Below, piece by piece: positions 24,773 through 38,616 of a DNA stretch of 64,000 nucleotides (positions are counted from its first letter, which is position 1; each line of letters begins with the position of its first letter). Origin of the DNA: Macrostomum lignano (taxonomy: Eukaryota); contig NIVC01001776.1 in assembly GCA_002269645.1 (NCBI GenBank), forward strand, positions 1-64,000, given 5' to 3'. Position numbers and translations under genes: made by a program. Under the pieces are notes generated by a model. That model worked only from the letters and a program-made list of their open reading frames with translations, was not told the DNA's origin and made no database searches.

Positions 24773-26048
24773 ATGGCCATCGCTAAGTTTTTTGTTCTCG
24801 TTTTATTATTGCGACCGAGATTGTCGCGACGGACGCCGGTACGAGTAAGTCATGCCCAAACACAGTCCACACCGAACACTATCCATGATCCAGTGTTCCA
24901 TGTTAAAGTTATTTAGTCATTTGGTATTTTAGAAAGGACTTTTACCAAGGACCTTGACGTTTGCCCAGCCCAGTCATAACGTGAAATTTTGAGAATTTTG
25001 CGAGCCCAGATTAATACCGGCCGCGCATTGAAGCTACTCTGTCCCCTGTTGGCCGTAGCAGATTGATTGTATCAAACATTTTACACTTTTGAATAACCTT
25101 GCAGCTGTCAAGTTTGTCAATGCCGCGACCGCTCCAACCGAAGCCGCTGTGATGACGTCATCGGCTTGCGAAAGCGGCATCGAGTGCGCCGCAAAGTGCG
25201 CCACCGTCTCTCCTTGCGAATGCACGGCCACCGCCTTCCTGTCGGAGACGAAGCTCTGCCTGCTGTCCGCGGTCTGCGGCGCCGACTTCTCCACCGCTGC
25301 ACCTGGCAAACCCGTCTATCGGAGGCAACTGCTTCGATCCCGTAAGGAGCTGCTATGTGTTGTATTTTGATGTTCAAGACCTTAAACACCGGTGCAAATT
25401 CAATTTTGCTGTTTCAGAGCCGGCAGTACAGGTTGAAGACAGGACATTCACTGTGATTCAGCAGCGACTGGTTGGAAGGCTGAGCTTTGCCAGATGCTGG
25501 ACTGAGTACGAGACCGGCTTTGGAGACGGCACCGACTTCTGGCTGGGTAGGTGTACTGAACCAGGGTCCAGTCAGGATTATGCTGAAGTACATGTAAGGC
25601 TAAAGTTTGCATTTAAACTCAATATTCGCAGGTCTTCGAACCATCAACCAGCTGACTGGCAGCGCCCCGAAGCTGCTGAGAATCGAGGCCGTCACCTGGT
25701 CGAATATCCTGTACATCGCTGAGTACTCCGGCTTCACCGTGGGCGACGCCAGCTCAAAATACACTATGAGGTTCGGCTCATACCTGATTAGCAGCTCCAA
25801 CATGACTGTCGAATCTTTCGCTTATCACAAAGGCATGCCGTTCTCTACATTCGACCGCGACAATGACCTTCTCAGTGGCTCCTGCTCGAAATCGTACGGT
25901 TATGGCGGCTGGTGGTATAACAACTGTCATGGCGTGAATCCTAACGGAAGATATTCGTTTTCCGAAGTAAGCTGACTTTATGGTGTGGAAAGGCGCTGAA
26001 GCAAACAGTTTCCTGTCGTTAAAGAGCATTCGCCTTCTGATTCTGTAA
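24773..26048 (+). pseudogene. PAN-like + fibrinogen-related (FReD) gene copy 1 (exons ~24773-24844, 25105-25341, 25418-25546, 25632-26048) with two apparent 1-nt indels
   Basis: ECAAKC...CEC.ATAFLSETKLC; VIQQRL...YETGFGDGTDFWLG; FSTFDRDND...GGWWYNNC...NPNG. An extra A at about 25968 separates this from ...VWKG...LKSIRLLIL*. The putative signal-peptide exon also needs a 1-nt correction. Confidence 0.8.
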
Positions 26049-26091
26049 GAAGTCCATCTGGCTTCTGTGTGTTGTTACTGCTTTCGAAATA

Positions 26092-26226
26092 CACTCAGCA
26101 ACAGTCAAAAGTTCCACCTGTACAAATCATGCTTAGTTAGAGAGAAATCTTCTCATTTAAAATTCACGATACAAGGTGAAAAAATATGCTTGCTTGGTGG
26201 GTGGAACTTTTGACAGTTGCTCAGTA
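26092..26226. mobile_element. Small Tc1/mariner-type MITE, about 135 bp
   Basis: About 27-30-bp imperfect TIRs (cactcagcaacagtcaaaagttccacc / ggtggaacttttgacagttgctcagta) with TA on both flanks. Confidence 0.7.
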
Positions 26227-26284
26227 TATTTCATTTTCATCATATTAATATTCCTATTCTAACTCAGTTTTTTATTTGTGTCAA

Positions 26285-26410
26285 GAGGCTGTGCGCACCC
26301 TGGCGCACTTTAGGTGAACTTTAGGTCTTATGAAATTTCGGTCTTGTGAAAGCGACTCCGCACAGACTCACACAGGAGTGTACAGCGGCCCTATAAGTAA
26401 ACACGAGCTG
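26285..26410 (-). mobile_element. SINE family fragment
   Basis: ggctgtgcgcaccctggcgcacttta and cacaggagtgtacagcggccct, both shared with the 55795-56135 copy. Confidence 0.55.
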
Positions 26411-27126
26411 AAGCCCAATATCCAACTCAAGTTCAACATAGCCACTCAAGTGCATAAAATTCAGTTTATCTGTTAAAATAGCCAGGTCAAGCGCAAATTA
26501 GCAAATCAGAGCGCTTCTCAATTTCACCCCAATTTCGCGCAATGACGATGATGATGTATACAAAAGGCCAAACATTTTGATGACGAACTGTTGTAAAACT
26601 TTAAATTCTTCGCTCTGTCATTCCTTTTACTTCGTCAGAAGTGAGTGCGAGAAATGCACTTTCTGTCCGAACTCTTGCAAGGGGTGTTTGTTTTTCTGAA
26701 CCTTTTTTGAAAGTTGAATCAGCGCAAAATTTAATGTAAATATTTTGTTTTAATGTGTGAAGCAAAAAAACTGAATCTCGGAACTTTTTTAAACGACCAT
26801 TATTAAGTACAGTACTCGTATATAATTTTGAAGTAGGAGACGTAACGGGCCTCTCGAGTTCATTTTCGATCTTCGATTCATTAAATAAACAAATCGTGGT
26901 TTTACATTAGAATTTACATTAGAATCTTATTCAAGACTTAATTCTTTTTAAAAAGAGTGAAGTGTAGGATTGCATATACCGCATGTACTACGAGCTAATA
27001 AGTAGAATACTGAGGAGAAACTTCAAGCAAATAAGCGATCAGAAACGAAGTAGATCCTAGAGAGGCAAACAGATATAGTATTGAATGCATGCTACAAACG
27101 TACATATATACTTGTACAGCATCAAG

Positions 27127-30100
27127 CAGGGGCGTCGCCATGGATTTTATGGTGGGGGAAAAAGCAAAGAATTCTACATGTACATGACTAAATTTCTACA
27201 TGACATTATTTTCAGAATCGGTGTTGTCAGCACTCATTTTAGCCGAGAAATACCCATGCAGTAAGAACACCAAAGCCATGGACCTATAATTATATGTAGA
27301 GACCGCTCAGTTGTGGAAGCTACTGGTGATTTAGGCCTGTTTACGACAATAAAATTCACTAACGATAGATAGGCAAGTCACCTTTTTTGAAAGAAAAGCT
27401 TATCCTGACTTGATTCAGCCGTGGGTGCAGATTTCATGGATCATATTTTTTGCTTTTATTTACAGAGATCTCGCTGCGTCAACTTTTCATAACTAATATT
27501 TTATTTATTTGTAACTACTTATATGCTTATATGCTAATGTATATGCTTCAGTAGATTGATGATTTGGCATGAACTATAGGGCAATCAAAATGCATAATAA
27601 GCATTTATAGTAGCTGCGTGTCCTTGCTTTGATGTCAAATAATGTCAAATACTTATCGTTAAGAAGTCCCTGCCGACATCACTCAGCTGCTATGGATAGC
27701 GTGGCCAAGGCTTTAGCCGTTGTTCCTCGTTGGATAAAAAATACGGGGCTGAACGCAATTTAACGCTCGAGAAGAAAGAGTTTACAGAATGTGCTGATAG
27801 AATACTTTTGTTCAACTGTACGTTTTTGTCGTACCGGTCACAAAAAATCAAATGTATTTGTTTTTTAACCAAGAAAGAGCAAATTCATTCCAGAGCGACT
27901 GCAAGACACCTGAAAATCTTCGTTTTTGTATAATTGTAAGGTTGTGAGAGCGAGACTCGTTTGCGTTTGCTCGTTTCAGTTTCAACTGTTTGTTGATTAA
28001 CCAGTTAGTAAAGTACGTACATAGTAAGCGCGGTTTTGTCCAAGTTTTTGATTGAAAATAGTCGCATTCGACTAATGAAAATGGTGAGGAACCAACATAA
28101 AGATTAAGGTTGCTGGGTCAAAAATTGAGTGCGTGCTCTTTTATAGGGAGGCCAGTTGAAATTCGCCAACCCCGCGGGCACTCTGGCATCTCGTACATGT
28201 ACGTGTACGATCTGTAGAGCTCTTCATCAAAGCGCCCTGTTCTTATCTTCACCCATGCCAACTTGAAAATCTGAGTCGTATGACATTGTAATGGACTTCT
28301 GCCAGTCCTCAATGGACGTGTTGGGCCTCGTGAGCACAATTTGATCCATGCGCAGACGGCAGTCTTTCACCTTGGGTCCAAGATCTGGTCGTTTCTTTGC
28401 TATCAGACCCTTGAGCATTATCACACGATGGCAACCGTTGCTATGCGTTGCCTCCACGGTTACAGACACGTCGCGTGTTTTCTTGTCGGGGAACTCCACC
28501 CGGGAGCAGATCTCCACCGCGTGTCCGCCGCGCATCTCGTACCGCTGCTGCTGATTGGAGTTGTTCCGGGTGCGCTCAACGGCTGCCTCGATGTCTGAGA
28601 GGCTCCTTCCTGATGCTACCGTCTTACCGGGGTTGCCTTGACCTTTTCCGCTGACGTTGTTGTTGTTCATCTGCGTCTGCACCGAGGCATCGGCTGTGAC
28701 GCGAGTAGAGAGCAGTTTGTCCTGTTTTGTTTCGCTGCGGTTAACCGAATAACTGGTTGTTTCTGGCTGTCCTGGAGCTGATAGCGCCGGTGGCGAAGGC
28801 AGTGACATTGTACGACAGTCACCCATGTACAGCTGAGCGCGCCAGTGTAGCGCCGTTGCCGGCACCACAGGCTCCGGGGAGGGCGGTGGTTTTTTATTGT
28901 ACACATTCGGGGCAATTAATGCTGCTGGAATATCTCTGGACGAAAACTGACAGCATTCCGCCGTGTCGACCGACAGGTAGTCGCACAGAGAAGGAAACGT
29001 TGAGAGTTCCGCGGCCTCAAGCTGAGCTGCCCGCGTTGTCTCTTCGTCGATGGCTCGGTCATATAGCAGCCGCTGCTCCGCTGGAGTCTGCTGAAGCCGG
29101 TCTTCTTCAAGCCAGTACCAGTTCGTTTCAGTGTCCGACGATTTGAACGTGTGGCAGTCAAGCGCCGTTTGTCGTTCTCCGACAATTTCACTGTTTTTCT
29201 CCATGATTCGTTGGCTTTTGCAGCCACCAACACCGCAGTTTTGACGAGCTGGTGCGGTCCGACATTCGACCTCTTGCATGGGGCACAGATCAGCAGACGT
29301 GCTGTGCCAGTAGGGTAGCATCCTCCTATTTTGGGAATATTTCGCAGTCGAACAGCGTGATTTCGATCCTTGATCTCTTCTTTATTATCTTTTTGCTTAA
29401 TCCAGAAGTTATATTTTGTGATCAAGCATGAAGGAGAGGAATTACTTTTTAGGTTATTTGCTTTCTTTTGTGCTCTATATAATTATGATGAGGAGAAAAT
29501 TAGCTTTTTAAGCCAAATATTAGTCTTTTAGCCATAGACACTTGTTGATCACGTCAAGACGCAGTCGACTTTCTGAAATGGTCAAGAAGGATGCGTCAGT
29601 GGTAGAAAACGGAAAAGATTCTATTTCTAATATAGACCGTCAACGAAAGCTGCTACTTTTTGAAGTTAAGATTTGTGAATGCCGGTACGCAATGTATGAG
29701 TGGCTTATGAGGACTATCGTATACTAAGGCCGCAATACACACGTTACTATACGTTATTAGACAAGTCGGTAAACGATGCAAATATACCGCTTGTATTGGA
29801 TGGCACTTATTGAAGTTACTGATAAGGAATATGCGCTAATAAGGGTTGTTGTACTTAGCACAGTGTAGAATAAGCAAAGGGTTCTCTTGCTTGGGGGGCA
29901 TGTCCCCCCAAGCTATTAGGGGGACATGCCCATTCTTTTCCCCCCCACACAATCTTGTGAACCGTTATGGAAATAAAAATATTTGCTTCAGGGCGACAAA
30001 ATACATGTATATTGCGCCTGCGGCACCAAAATGAGTGCCTGAGGCACTAAAATGAGCGCTGAAAACACCGATTCTAGAAAATTATGTACATGTAGAATCC

Positions 30101-30130
30101 ATGGCTTTGTCCCCCCACCATAAAATCCCC
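27127..30130. repeat. Pair of inverted ~90-110-bp repeat copies (27127-27243 and 30048-30130)
   Basis: gattttatggtggggg...attctacatgtacat...gaatcggtgtt.tcagc.ctcattttag on the plus strand at 27.1-27.2 kb, and its reverse complement at 30.05-30.13 kb. Confidence 0.65.
28227..29201 (-). CDS. Hypothetical protein, about 324 aa from MEKNSEIV; no family recognised
   Basis: Long non-repetitive open frame with moderate GC inside AT-rich flanks. An overlapping frame near the end (RTGRFDEELYRSYTYMYEMPECPRGW, to 28118) suggests a possible C-terminal frameshift. Confidence 0.45.
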   Translation of the reverse strand, partial: EKNSEIVGERQTALDCHTFKSSDTETNWYWLEEDRLQQTPAEQRLLYDRAIDEETTRAAQLEAAELSTFPSLCDYLSVDTAECCQFSSRDIPAALIAPNVYNKKPPPSPEPVVPATALHWRAQLYMGDCRTMSLPSPPALSAPGQPETTSYSVNRSETKQDKLLSTRVTADASVQTQMNNNNVSGKGQGNPGKTVASGRSLSDIEAAVERTRNNSNQQQRYEMRGGHAVEICSRVEFPDKKTRDVSVTVEATHSNGCHRVIMLKGLIAKKRPDLGPKVKDCRLRMDQIVLTRPNTSIEDWQKSITMSYDSDFQVGMGEDKNRAL

Positions 30131-33100
30131 CTGGTTAGATAAATGTCCTCTTGTGTGCACAAATTGCGACTTTTGATGTAACTTAAAGACTAAATGTAAT
30201 AGATATATAATAATAAAAGTTTTATCACAAACATTTGATTTCTAACTGACTTGATCGTCATCAAAAGATCATGCGTACAAAAAAGAAAATATCTTATTCA
30301 GAACTGATTGAAAGCACGCACAACACAAAATATGATGTAAAATGATATCGCAAACCTGACGGATTTATATCAGTTATAACAAGAAAAATAAAATATCATA
30401 CAGGTAATTAGAAAAGTAGTATTTTCTTAAAAGTTGAATTACGCAGAAAGGTTTTAGTCGTTAGAAAACTAAATAACGTATATAGTATTTTAACACGGTT
30501 TTTATATAAGAACATTTTTAGGTTTTGCAAAAACAATTGAATTTTGCACTAGCGAACCAGCGGTTACTCAGTTAGATCAACAAGATTGTTACTGCTTAAC
30601 TTTATCAATCATGGACATGTTACTTGAAAAAACAGTTGCTTTTTAAGAGGCTCGAGTAAAATCAACTGGCTTTCAAAATTTATTAATTTTCAAAGGTATT
30701 TCAACAGTTAATTCTAAACACTGACCTAAAATTTCTGAATGAATTAGTCAATGAACATCTAGTTTTTCGTGGTACCATACCCTATCGTATAACCGTCTTG
30801 AAGCACATGCCTTATAAAGTAAAAATATAAATTCTTAAAACAGGAAACTATTCCTCAAAAGTACACCCTGAAAAGTTAGAATATTTGTATTCAGAATGCT
30901 TTAAAAATGTTGCAATGCGGGCCCATGAACTTCAAATACTGTGTGTAATTAGTCATAATCATACTCTTACCCTTATATAATGATCACAATTGAGCTACAC
31001 TACAGATCAGCATTTTGTTCCTATAGTGCCCACTTTGGTAAAAACATTTTTTTTACTTTTTAAACATTACCATTGAATAAAATATACAAATACAGCTTTT
31101 AAACAATTCATATGTATATAACCTATATACACATATATATATCAAATAATCTAATGTATATCGATAAAAAATATCTATATGTATATAAGTAGTGTATAGG
31201 TAGAAATAAGATATTTATATCTAATATATATATAGATATTTTTATCCATATATCTTAGATTATTTGATATTAGATTAGATTCTGGATATATAACTCTGTC
31301 TAGCCAAAAACTGCTTGATTAGTTCAAAAAGCAAAATTAACATTGATTTTATTCAATAGCTTGTTACAATAATTATATTACAGAAGTATAAGAAGCACTG
31401 CTGTTTTGCCATTAGTATTATATATTTTATGTAGGTATATAATAGAAATTTATTAGCAATAGAGGCCTTTTAATCGGATTCTACGATATATTAAAATATA
31501 TATTACAATGATATTATAGAAATCAAAATATATCCAGAGAAAGATTCAGAAACAGGCAGAAATAATTCGGTATTTAAAGATATATAGTAGGTAAGACAGG
31601 AATTATTTATGAACTGTGTACCAAGGACTAAGATTTATAAAAGAAAAATGGACAAAACTTTTTATCCAATTGATAATCGACATGCTAAGACAGCTACCTT
31701 GTAGCATATTATTTTTTTATATTTTCAATTCTTTTGTTGTCATTTCTGACCATTTTCAAGGATAGTGATAACCAAATTAATATTTTTAAAGAGAATTGTA
31801 AGCTAATTCGAGTATTGGTGCTGTCTGCTGGACTGCATAGTTTTTTATCTAATTGAATTTCAAAAATATCCCTCGCGCATTCCCGTTTCTGAGAGCAGCC
31901 GAACTGCAACAATTGCGGGTGGATATTTTTGAAAAGCTGAAAATTTCAACCTGGATTTTTGGCAGCCAGTTAAGCAAGCGGTTTGCATTTTGGATGCCTG
32001 GGAATGGTTTTGATGCTGGCTTGGAGTGCATACGGGGAGAGGCGCGGTGTGTGGGATTGAGTATTTTCTGGGAGTTGAATCTCACAGAGAGGGAAGCAGT
32101 TAATGCTGCTCTTGGAGCCCAAATCAACTGAGTGCCTGGGAAAGGCCGAGCCAGAGAGAGAGAGGAGAGATAGGGGGCTCCGGCGGTGTACCCCGGCTCA
32201 GTCAGTCCCCAACCGCTTCACACACTATACACCATCATCCCTCCTTGGTCTTCTGCTCCCCCAGCCCTCCCTCCCTCCTTCTCTCCCTCCTTGGGCGGCT
32301 GCCTTGGTGCTTCGCCTTCTTCCCTGAAGGTTAGGGGCAAGAGAGGCGGGGAGGTACAGAATCCCGACCGAGGGTGTGCCTCGCAGGCTGCTCTGCCATT
32401 GGCTGCTCTGAAGGCCCAGTCTCTGCCATTGGGACAGATTCTTGGATAGAGAATTTCCTTTAGTATGGCTGTTCCTCTAGTTCACTTTATTCTTTGCCTT
32501 CGTTCCATCCCTATTCCTCTACCTCTCTCCCTTTCTCACTCGCTTCCTTCAGTTCTGCAGATGCTGTGCCGCATCCGCCCCACCCCCTTTCCTGCGTCCG
32601 AAAATTATGTTTTCCATTCCCGCCCCTCTCCGGGTTGGCCTCTCTTCTCTCTCTCTCTCTCTCTCAAGCAGCATGTGTTAAATGGACCCCACCCCATCCG
32701 CGTCGCCGCCTAGACCGCCTAGTCCTCAGCCTTTAGTTGCAATCGCAGGCCTGCACTCGGCAGAGAGAGAGAGAGAGAGTCAAGCAGCGCAGCGTGAGCC
32801 AAGCGTGTGTAATTGAGAAGCGCAGAACGTGCTCTCTCTCTCTCTCGTAAGTGCGCAGCCAGTCAGGAAGCGCGTGCTGGAATCAGTGGACCTCACTTTT
32901 AGCCTGCTGTGCGTTGGCCTACTGCCAGCCAACCATAGTTTCAACATGCTCGCGAATTTGTTTGGTATTGCAGCGGCACTGATTCTGCACCGGCAGCGGC
33001 GGTAATAAGTTTCTCATCCCGGATCCCCAAGACTGTCAAGGTTTTACCCGGTACGCAACTTCCACAATCGGCGCAGCATCGAACTGGACGACCAGGTTGG

Positions 33101-33232
33101 AGCGGCTGCCTGGCCCGTGCCCGGCTTCACTGCCCGGCTGTCCGCTGCTGGGCGGCTCCGATGCCCTAGCAAGCGAGCTCGCAGCTCTGAGAGCGGACAC
33201 CCAGCCGGGCGCCGCCGTTGACCCACGGCCGC

Positions 33233-36200
33233 ATGGCTAGCGGCGGCGGCGGGGGTGGCGGCGGTCACCGCGGCGTCCACGCCAACGCCAACAGCAGCAA
33301 CTGCGTCAACAGTGTCAGCGGCAACAAAAACAACAACAGCGGAAATCACACCGCCAACTCTGCCGGCGACGGACCGGCCACACCGTTGCCAGGCAACCAG
33401 CAGCAGCAACAGGGAACTGCCGGCTCGGCCAGCACCAGCAGCATCCTGCGCCAGGCCAACCAACTGCTGCTCCAGCGAGTGGCCACCACTGAGGCCGACC
33501 GGCATCGCCTGGCCGAGGAGGCGGACCGCTGCAGACGCGAGCTGGTGGCCTCCGGCCTGCTGGCCAAGCCACCCCAGCCGGAGCACTCGCTGCTGCGCTC
33601 CACTCTGCGCGTTTTCACCAGCAAGGCCAAGCAACAGCAGCAGCAACAGCAGCAGCAGCAGCAGCACCAACCGACACGAGGCTGCTCCGATCCGTCCTAT
33701 TTTCGGCCCAGCTATTGGGCTCGCTCCGGCGGCGGCAGCGGCCTCGTCAGCGGCGTCGGTGTTGGCGGCGGAGGCGGCGGTAACGGCGGCCCCTCGGGCC
33801 GAGGCGGAGGCGGCGGCAAGCAGCAGCCGCTGCTGCTGCACCCGGACGCGCAGCAATTCGCCACCGCCTGCAAATTCTCCGCCTCCGTGCAGCTGGTCGA
33901 ATCCGCCGACTCGCTGGAAGATTCCGTGGTGCTGCGCACCGCCCAGGCTCTGCTGCAGAAGTGCCTGGAGAGCGGCCAGCTATGCAACGAGCTCTGCCTG
34001 CTGCTCATCAAACAGACCTGCTGGCCAGACTGCGTCGGCACCGGAGGGAGCAGTGGCGGCGGTGGCGGCGGTGGCGGCGGTGGATCCGGAGTTGGCGGCA
34101 TCGGGATGGTCGGCGGCGGCGCGGACTCCGGCTCTGAGCTGGACGCCCACTCGGAGCGCTCCTATCAGCTGCTCTGCGCCCTGTGTGCCCTGACGCCGCC
34201 GCCAGCGCCCCAAGTGCTGGCCTACCTGCGCAGCCACCTGAACAGGGCAGCTTTGGACACCCTCACCGATGAGGGCCGCTACGCGCAGTTTTGCTTGCGC
34301 TGCTTGCAGCGCGCCACCCAGTGGCAGCAGCAGCGCGCCAGGCGCCGATTTCCTCCCTCCGCTAGCGAGCTGTTGGCGATATTCCGGCGCGGCCCGGCCA
34401 CCGTGTCCGTCCACCTGCTGAACGGCGACCATCGGCAGCTGGAGTTTCACCCGCATCTGACAGGCGAGGAGGCGCTGACGGCACTGCTGGCCAAGGTGCC
34501 CTTGGCGGGGCCTGGCGCGGTCGGCTGGGCCCTGTTCGAGCAGTACGGCGTCATGGAGCGGTACACCAACCCCAGCGACTACATTGGCGACGTGCTGTTC
34601 AAGTGGGAGCAGTACGCCCAGCTCAGCACGGCTCCCGCGGCCTCGCACCATCACCACCATCAGCACCAGCACCAGCACCAGCAGCAGTTGCGGCTCGTCT
34701 GTAAGAAGCGAATTTTTATTCGCCCGTTTGTCAGCCGGACCGACCACGTGGAGTCGGCGCTGCTGGCGCACCAGTGCATGACGGACGTGTTCGAGGGCCG
34801 CCTACCGCTGGACCCGGCGCTCGCCCGCGAACTCTGCGGCATTCGGGCGGCCAGCGAAGCCGCCAGCCCCCCGTCGGCGGTCCTGCGCATCCTGCCTCGG
34901 TCCTGGCGTGATCAGGTAGGCGAAGCATCGTTAAACTTGGCTGTTCAACTTCTAGACTTAGAATTTCTACTAATAGGCTTTATTTCTTAGAATGCGGTTG
35001 AGTCAATCACAGATTTTAACTAGATGGGCCACTCAGGCAAACAGATACTTAGCAAAACAGCTCTCTACTTTCACTTCAGTAGCAAAGAAGAATACATAAG
35101 CTATTTTATAAGAATAAAGGCAGCTGAGATGACTTTGATAAGTTTAGAAGCCCCCAAGCTTGCAGGCGTAAACAACTTTCTTATTGGTTTAGCAATAATG
35201 TACATTAGCCAGTCCGCTGAAATGTACATGGCTGCTTTAGACTGGAATTCTGAGGAAGGCAATAAAAATTGGGTGGCGTGGCGGGGGTAGAGGTGCTGTG
35301 TGGAGTTTGAGGGTTTAAGCTTGGGGTAAGAGCCAATAAATGAGCCTTGTCTTTAAAAGTACATTGAAATGATACAGTTTAACTTACTACTGAACTGAAA
35401 GTAGGTTGCACGCAAATTTGCTCAGTGGCCCATCTAGTTATTACGTATCTGTGGAGTCAATGGACTCTTGTGTGATCTTAGAATTTAAAGCGAATTTCAC
35501 AACTGACTGTGACTTTTTAGAATTTAAATACACTGGTTTTCTCGTTATACCAGTAGTTTACAGTAAAAATGCTATGGTCAGTTGGGTGATTTCCTAGAAT
35601 GCAGTGCGGTGTTCTATATTCGTTGACCTATTAAGTGTAATTTCTAAGAATTCAGTAGTGATTTCCAGTCAATGACTGTTCAGAGTGCGCCTTAGTATAA
35701 CTATATACTCGTATGTAATCAGCTGATTTCGCAGACTCCAGTTTGACATCCTTCTATCGGCTGGTGTCTTCTCAGAACATCCGAAAACCGTCTGTAAACC
35801 CTCCATTGAACTCAGGTGAACCCGGATGAAGTCGCGGTCATTGCTGCCCAGCATTTGTCCAGCCTCCAGAACTCGCCTCATCATCCTCAGCACCAGCTGA
35901 CTGAAGCCGAGCGGCAGCACGAGCTGAATCTTTTATTCATTGACGCCTGCTCAAACTCCTGGCCGCTATTCGGCTGTGCCCTGTTCGAAGTCCGAGTCAA
36001 CTGCCCGGACCCGCCGCAGCAGTCGCAGCAGCTTCAGCTCGAGTCCTGCGTGCTGGCCATCGGCGAGACCGGCCTGCACCTGCTCAGCTCCGACCTGCGC
36101 CAGGATCCGTATCTGTCCTGGGGCTTCTCCGCGCTGCAGAGCTTCTGCACCGAGAGCCGCTACCTGCTGTGTCTGCAGCTGCTGCCGGAGGGCCGGCGCC

Positions 36201-36328
36201 TGTCACTGTACTCAAAGCAGGCCACTCAGATGGCTTACCTTATCCGGGACTACATGATGCAGCTGCGACTGCTGCCCGCCAGCCTTGCCAGGTCCTCGTC
36301 TCTGGCCAGCAGCGGCAGGCGGAGAGCT

Positions 36329-36359
<31 letters not shown>

Positions 36360-36634
36360 CCAACTGCCAATCCCAGCAACAGCAGACTCGAATCAATTCG
36401 AACTCGTGCTCAGCCTCCCTAGCCAGCAGCCCGCGCCCCATCCATCGAGCTCGAAGTGGCGTCGTAGCATCCTCCGACGAAATGGCCGCCGCCGCAGCCG
36501 CTTCCGACTGCCTCGGCAACCACAGCTCATCGGCTGCAGCCGCGGTCGCGGCCTCGACTCCCCGGACTGCTCACGTGTCTAGGAAAACGGCTGCGGCCTC
36601 TTCTAATCAGCGAAGATTAGAAACTCAGTTGTAA
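33233..36634 (+). CDS. MyTH4-FERM domain protein without a motor domain, two exons (33233-34915, 35816-36634), about 833 aa
   Basis: LCNELCLLLIKQT...YQLLCALC...RRFPPSASELLAI (MyTH4); VSVHLLNG...WALFE...DVLFKWE...LVCKKRIF; WPLFGCALFEV...LAIGETGLHLL (FERM). The GATCAG|GTAGG...ctcag|GTG intron is in phase 0. Confidence 0.85.
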
Positions 36635-36939
36635 AAATGCCATAATTCACCGCTCCTAACCTCCGAGTGCGTGTGAGTGTATTAACTGAAGATTTACCGC
36701 AGCTGATTAATCCGTCACTTCTCCATTCTAGTTCCATGTTCAACCTCAAGCCAGCGACAGGTGCCACTTACTATTGTCTGTTTTTTGTAACTAAATGCCA
36801 TTTTTATCAACCCTAATAATTTACTAGGCTTTAAGAGACATTTTAACCACTAATTCCGGTCATAACCACTAATTCCGGACATTTTAACCACTAATTAGAT
36901 AATAGAAGCTCGCACCTTCCCTCTGTCTTTAAGTTCTTT

Positions 36940-37372
36940 AGTGAACCTCTTTTCTCTACTTCCGGTCCTTCAGTGAGCTTCTATTATCTACTTCCGGTCC
37001 TTCCGTGAGCTTCTATTCTCTACTTCCGGTCCCTCAGTGAGCCTTTATTCTCTACTTCTGATCCCTCAGTGAGCTTCTATTCTCTACTTCCGGTCCTTCA
37101 GTGAGCTTCTATTCTCTACTTCCGGTCCTTCAGTGAGCTTCTATTCTCTACTTCCGGTCCCTCAGTGAGCTTCTATTCTCTACTTCCGGTCCTTCAGTGA
37201 GCTTCTATTCTCTACTTCCGGTCCCTCAGTGAGCTTCTATTCTCTACTTCCGGTCCCTCAGTGAGCTTCTATTCTCTACTTCCGGTCCTTCAGTGAGCTT
37301 CTATTCTCTACTTCCGGTCCCTCAGTGAGCTTCTATTCTCTACTTCCGGTCCTTCAGTGAGCTTGTATTCTC
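36940..37372. repeat. 32-bp minisatellite, about 13 units
   Basis: Unit CTTCCGGTCC(T/C)TCAGTGAGCTTCTATTCTCTA. Confidence 0.95.
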
Positions 37373-38015
37373 CATAAAGTACAAACAAGTAGTGCAGTAA
37401 GTTCCGCCGCATCTGCCACTGGCTTAAGCCAGTCAAACTCCTAAGTCCACTATTGTAATTCTAGTACAAGCATCTAATGTCATTTTGCTTAGAAACAGTG
37501 TGCTGTTGCTGGGGAATCGCGGTAAATTCAATTCTCTCACCTGTTTACATATTTATTTTTATTATTATTTTCTGTCATTCGCTTCTAACTTGTGAAAAGC
37601 TTTTGATGCAGCTTGATGCGGCACTTTCTCCTCGTGTGTGTTTTTTTATAACAAAAACTCTAAACCGTGCCTGGAACTCAGCACCTCCGGCTTTTCTCTT
37701 GCTTTTTCCTTTACTCTGTGCTCTGCGCGGTTCGTTGTGTATTTGTTTGTCCTGCAGAGGCTTATTGGAGGCTTAATAGCGGAATCTTGTTTTCTAGCAT
37801 CATCTCGCCCGGGTGCCGGCTGCCGCTCAGGTGGGATCAGGGAGCTCACCTGTCTTCTAGCAGCTTTCATCCGCATGGTTGTCTCATTTCCCGCCTCACT
37901 GTGCTCCTCTGTCTGCTGGGAATTCTTTGCGCTGGGCGGACTTGCCAGTTTTTGATATAAACAGGCTTTGAGGGTGACTGCATTTTAGGATCTATGCTGG
38001 GGACTAGGTTGTTCG

Positions 38016-38616
<601 letters not shown>

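Noticed and set aside
30150-31850. AT-rich stretch with vaguely coding-like composition
   Set aside because: Stops in all frames and no identifiable motif.
33044-34928. Long antisense and alternative-frame ORFs over the MyTH4-FERM exon (similar cases over the GT32, LINE and FReD exons)
   Set aside because: Expected shadow ORFs of GC-rich coding sequence, with no independent motifs.
36940-37372. CRISPR-like 32-bp periodicity (also the 33-bp array at 40.0-40.4 kb)
   Set aside because: Head-to-tail units with no unique spacers, no cas genes, and a eukaryotic context.
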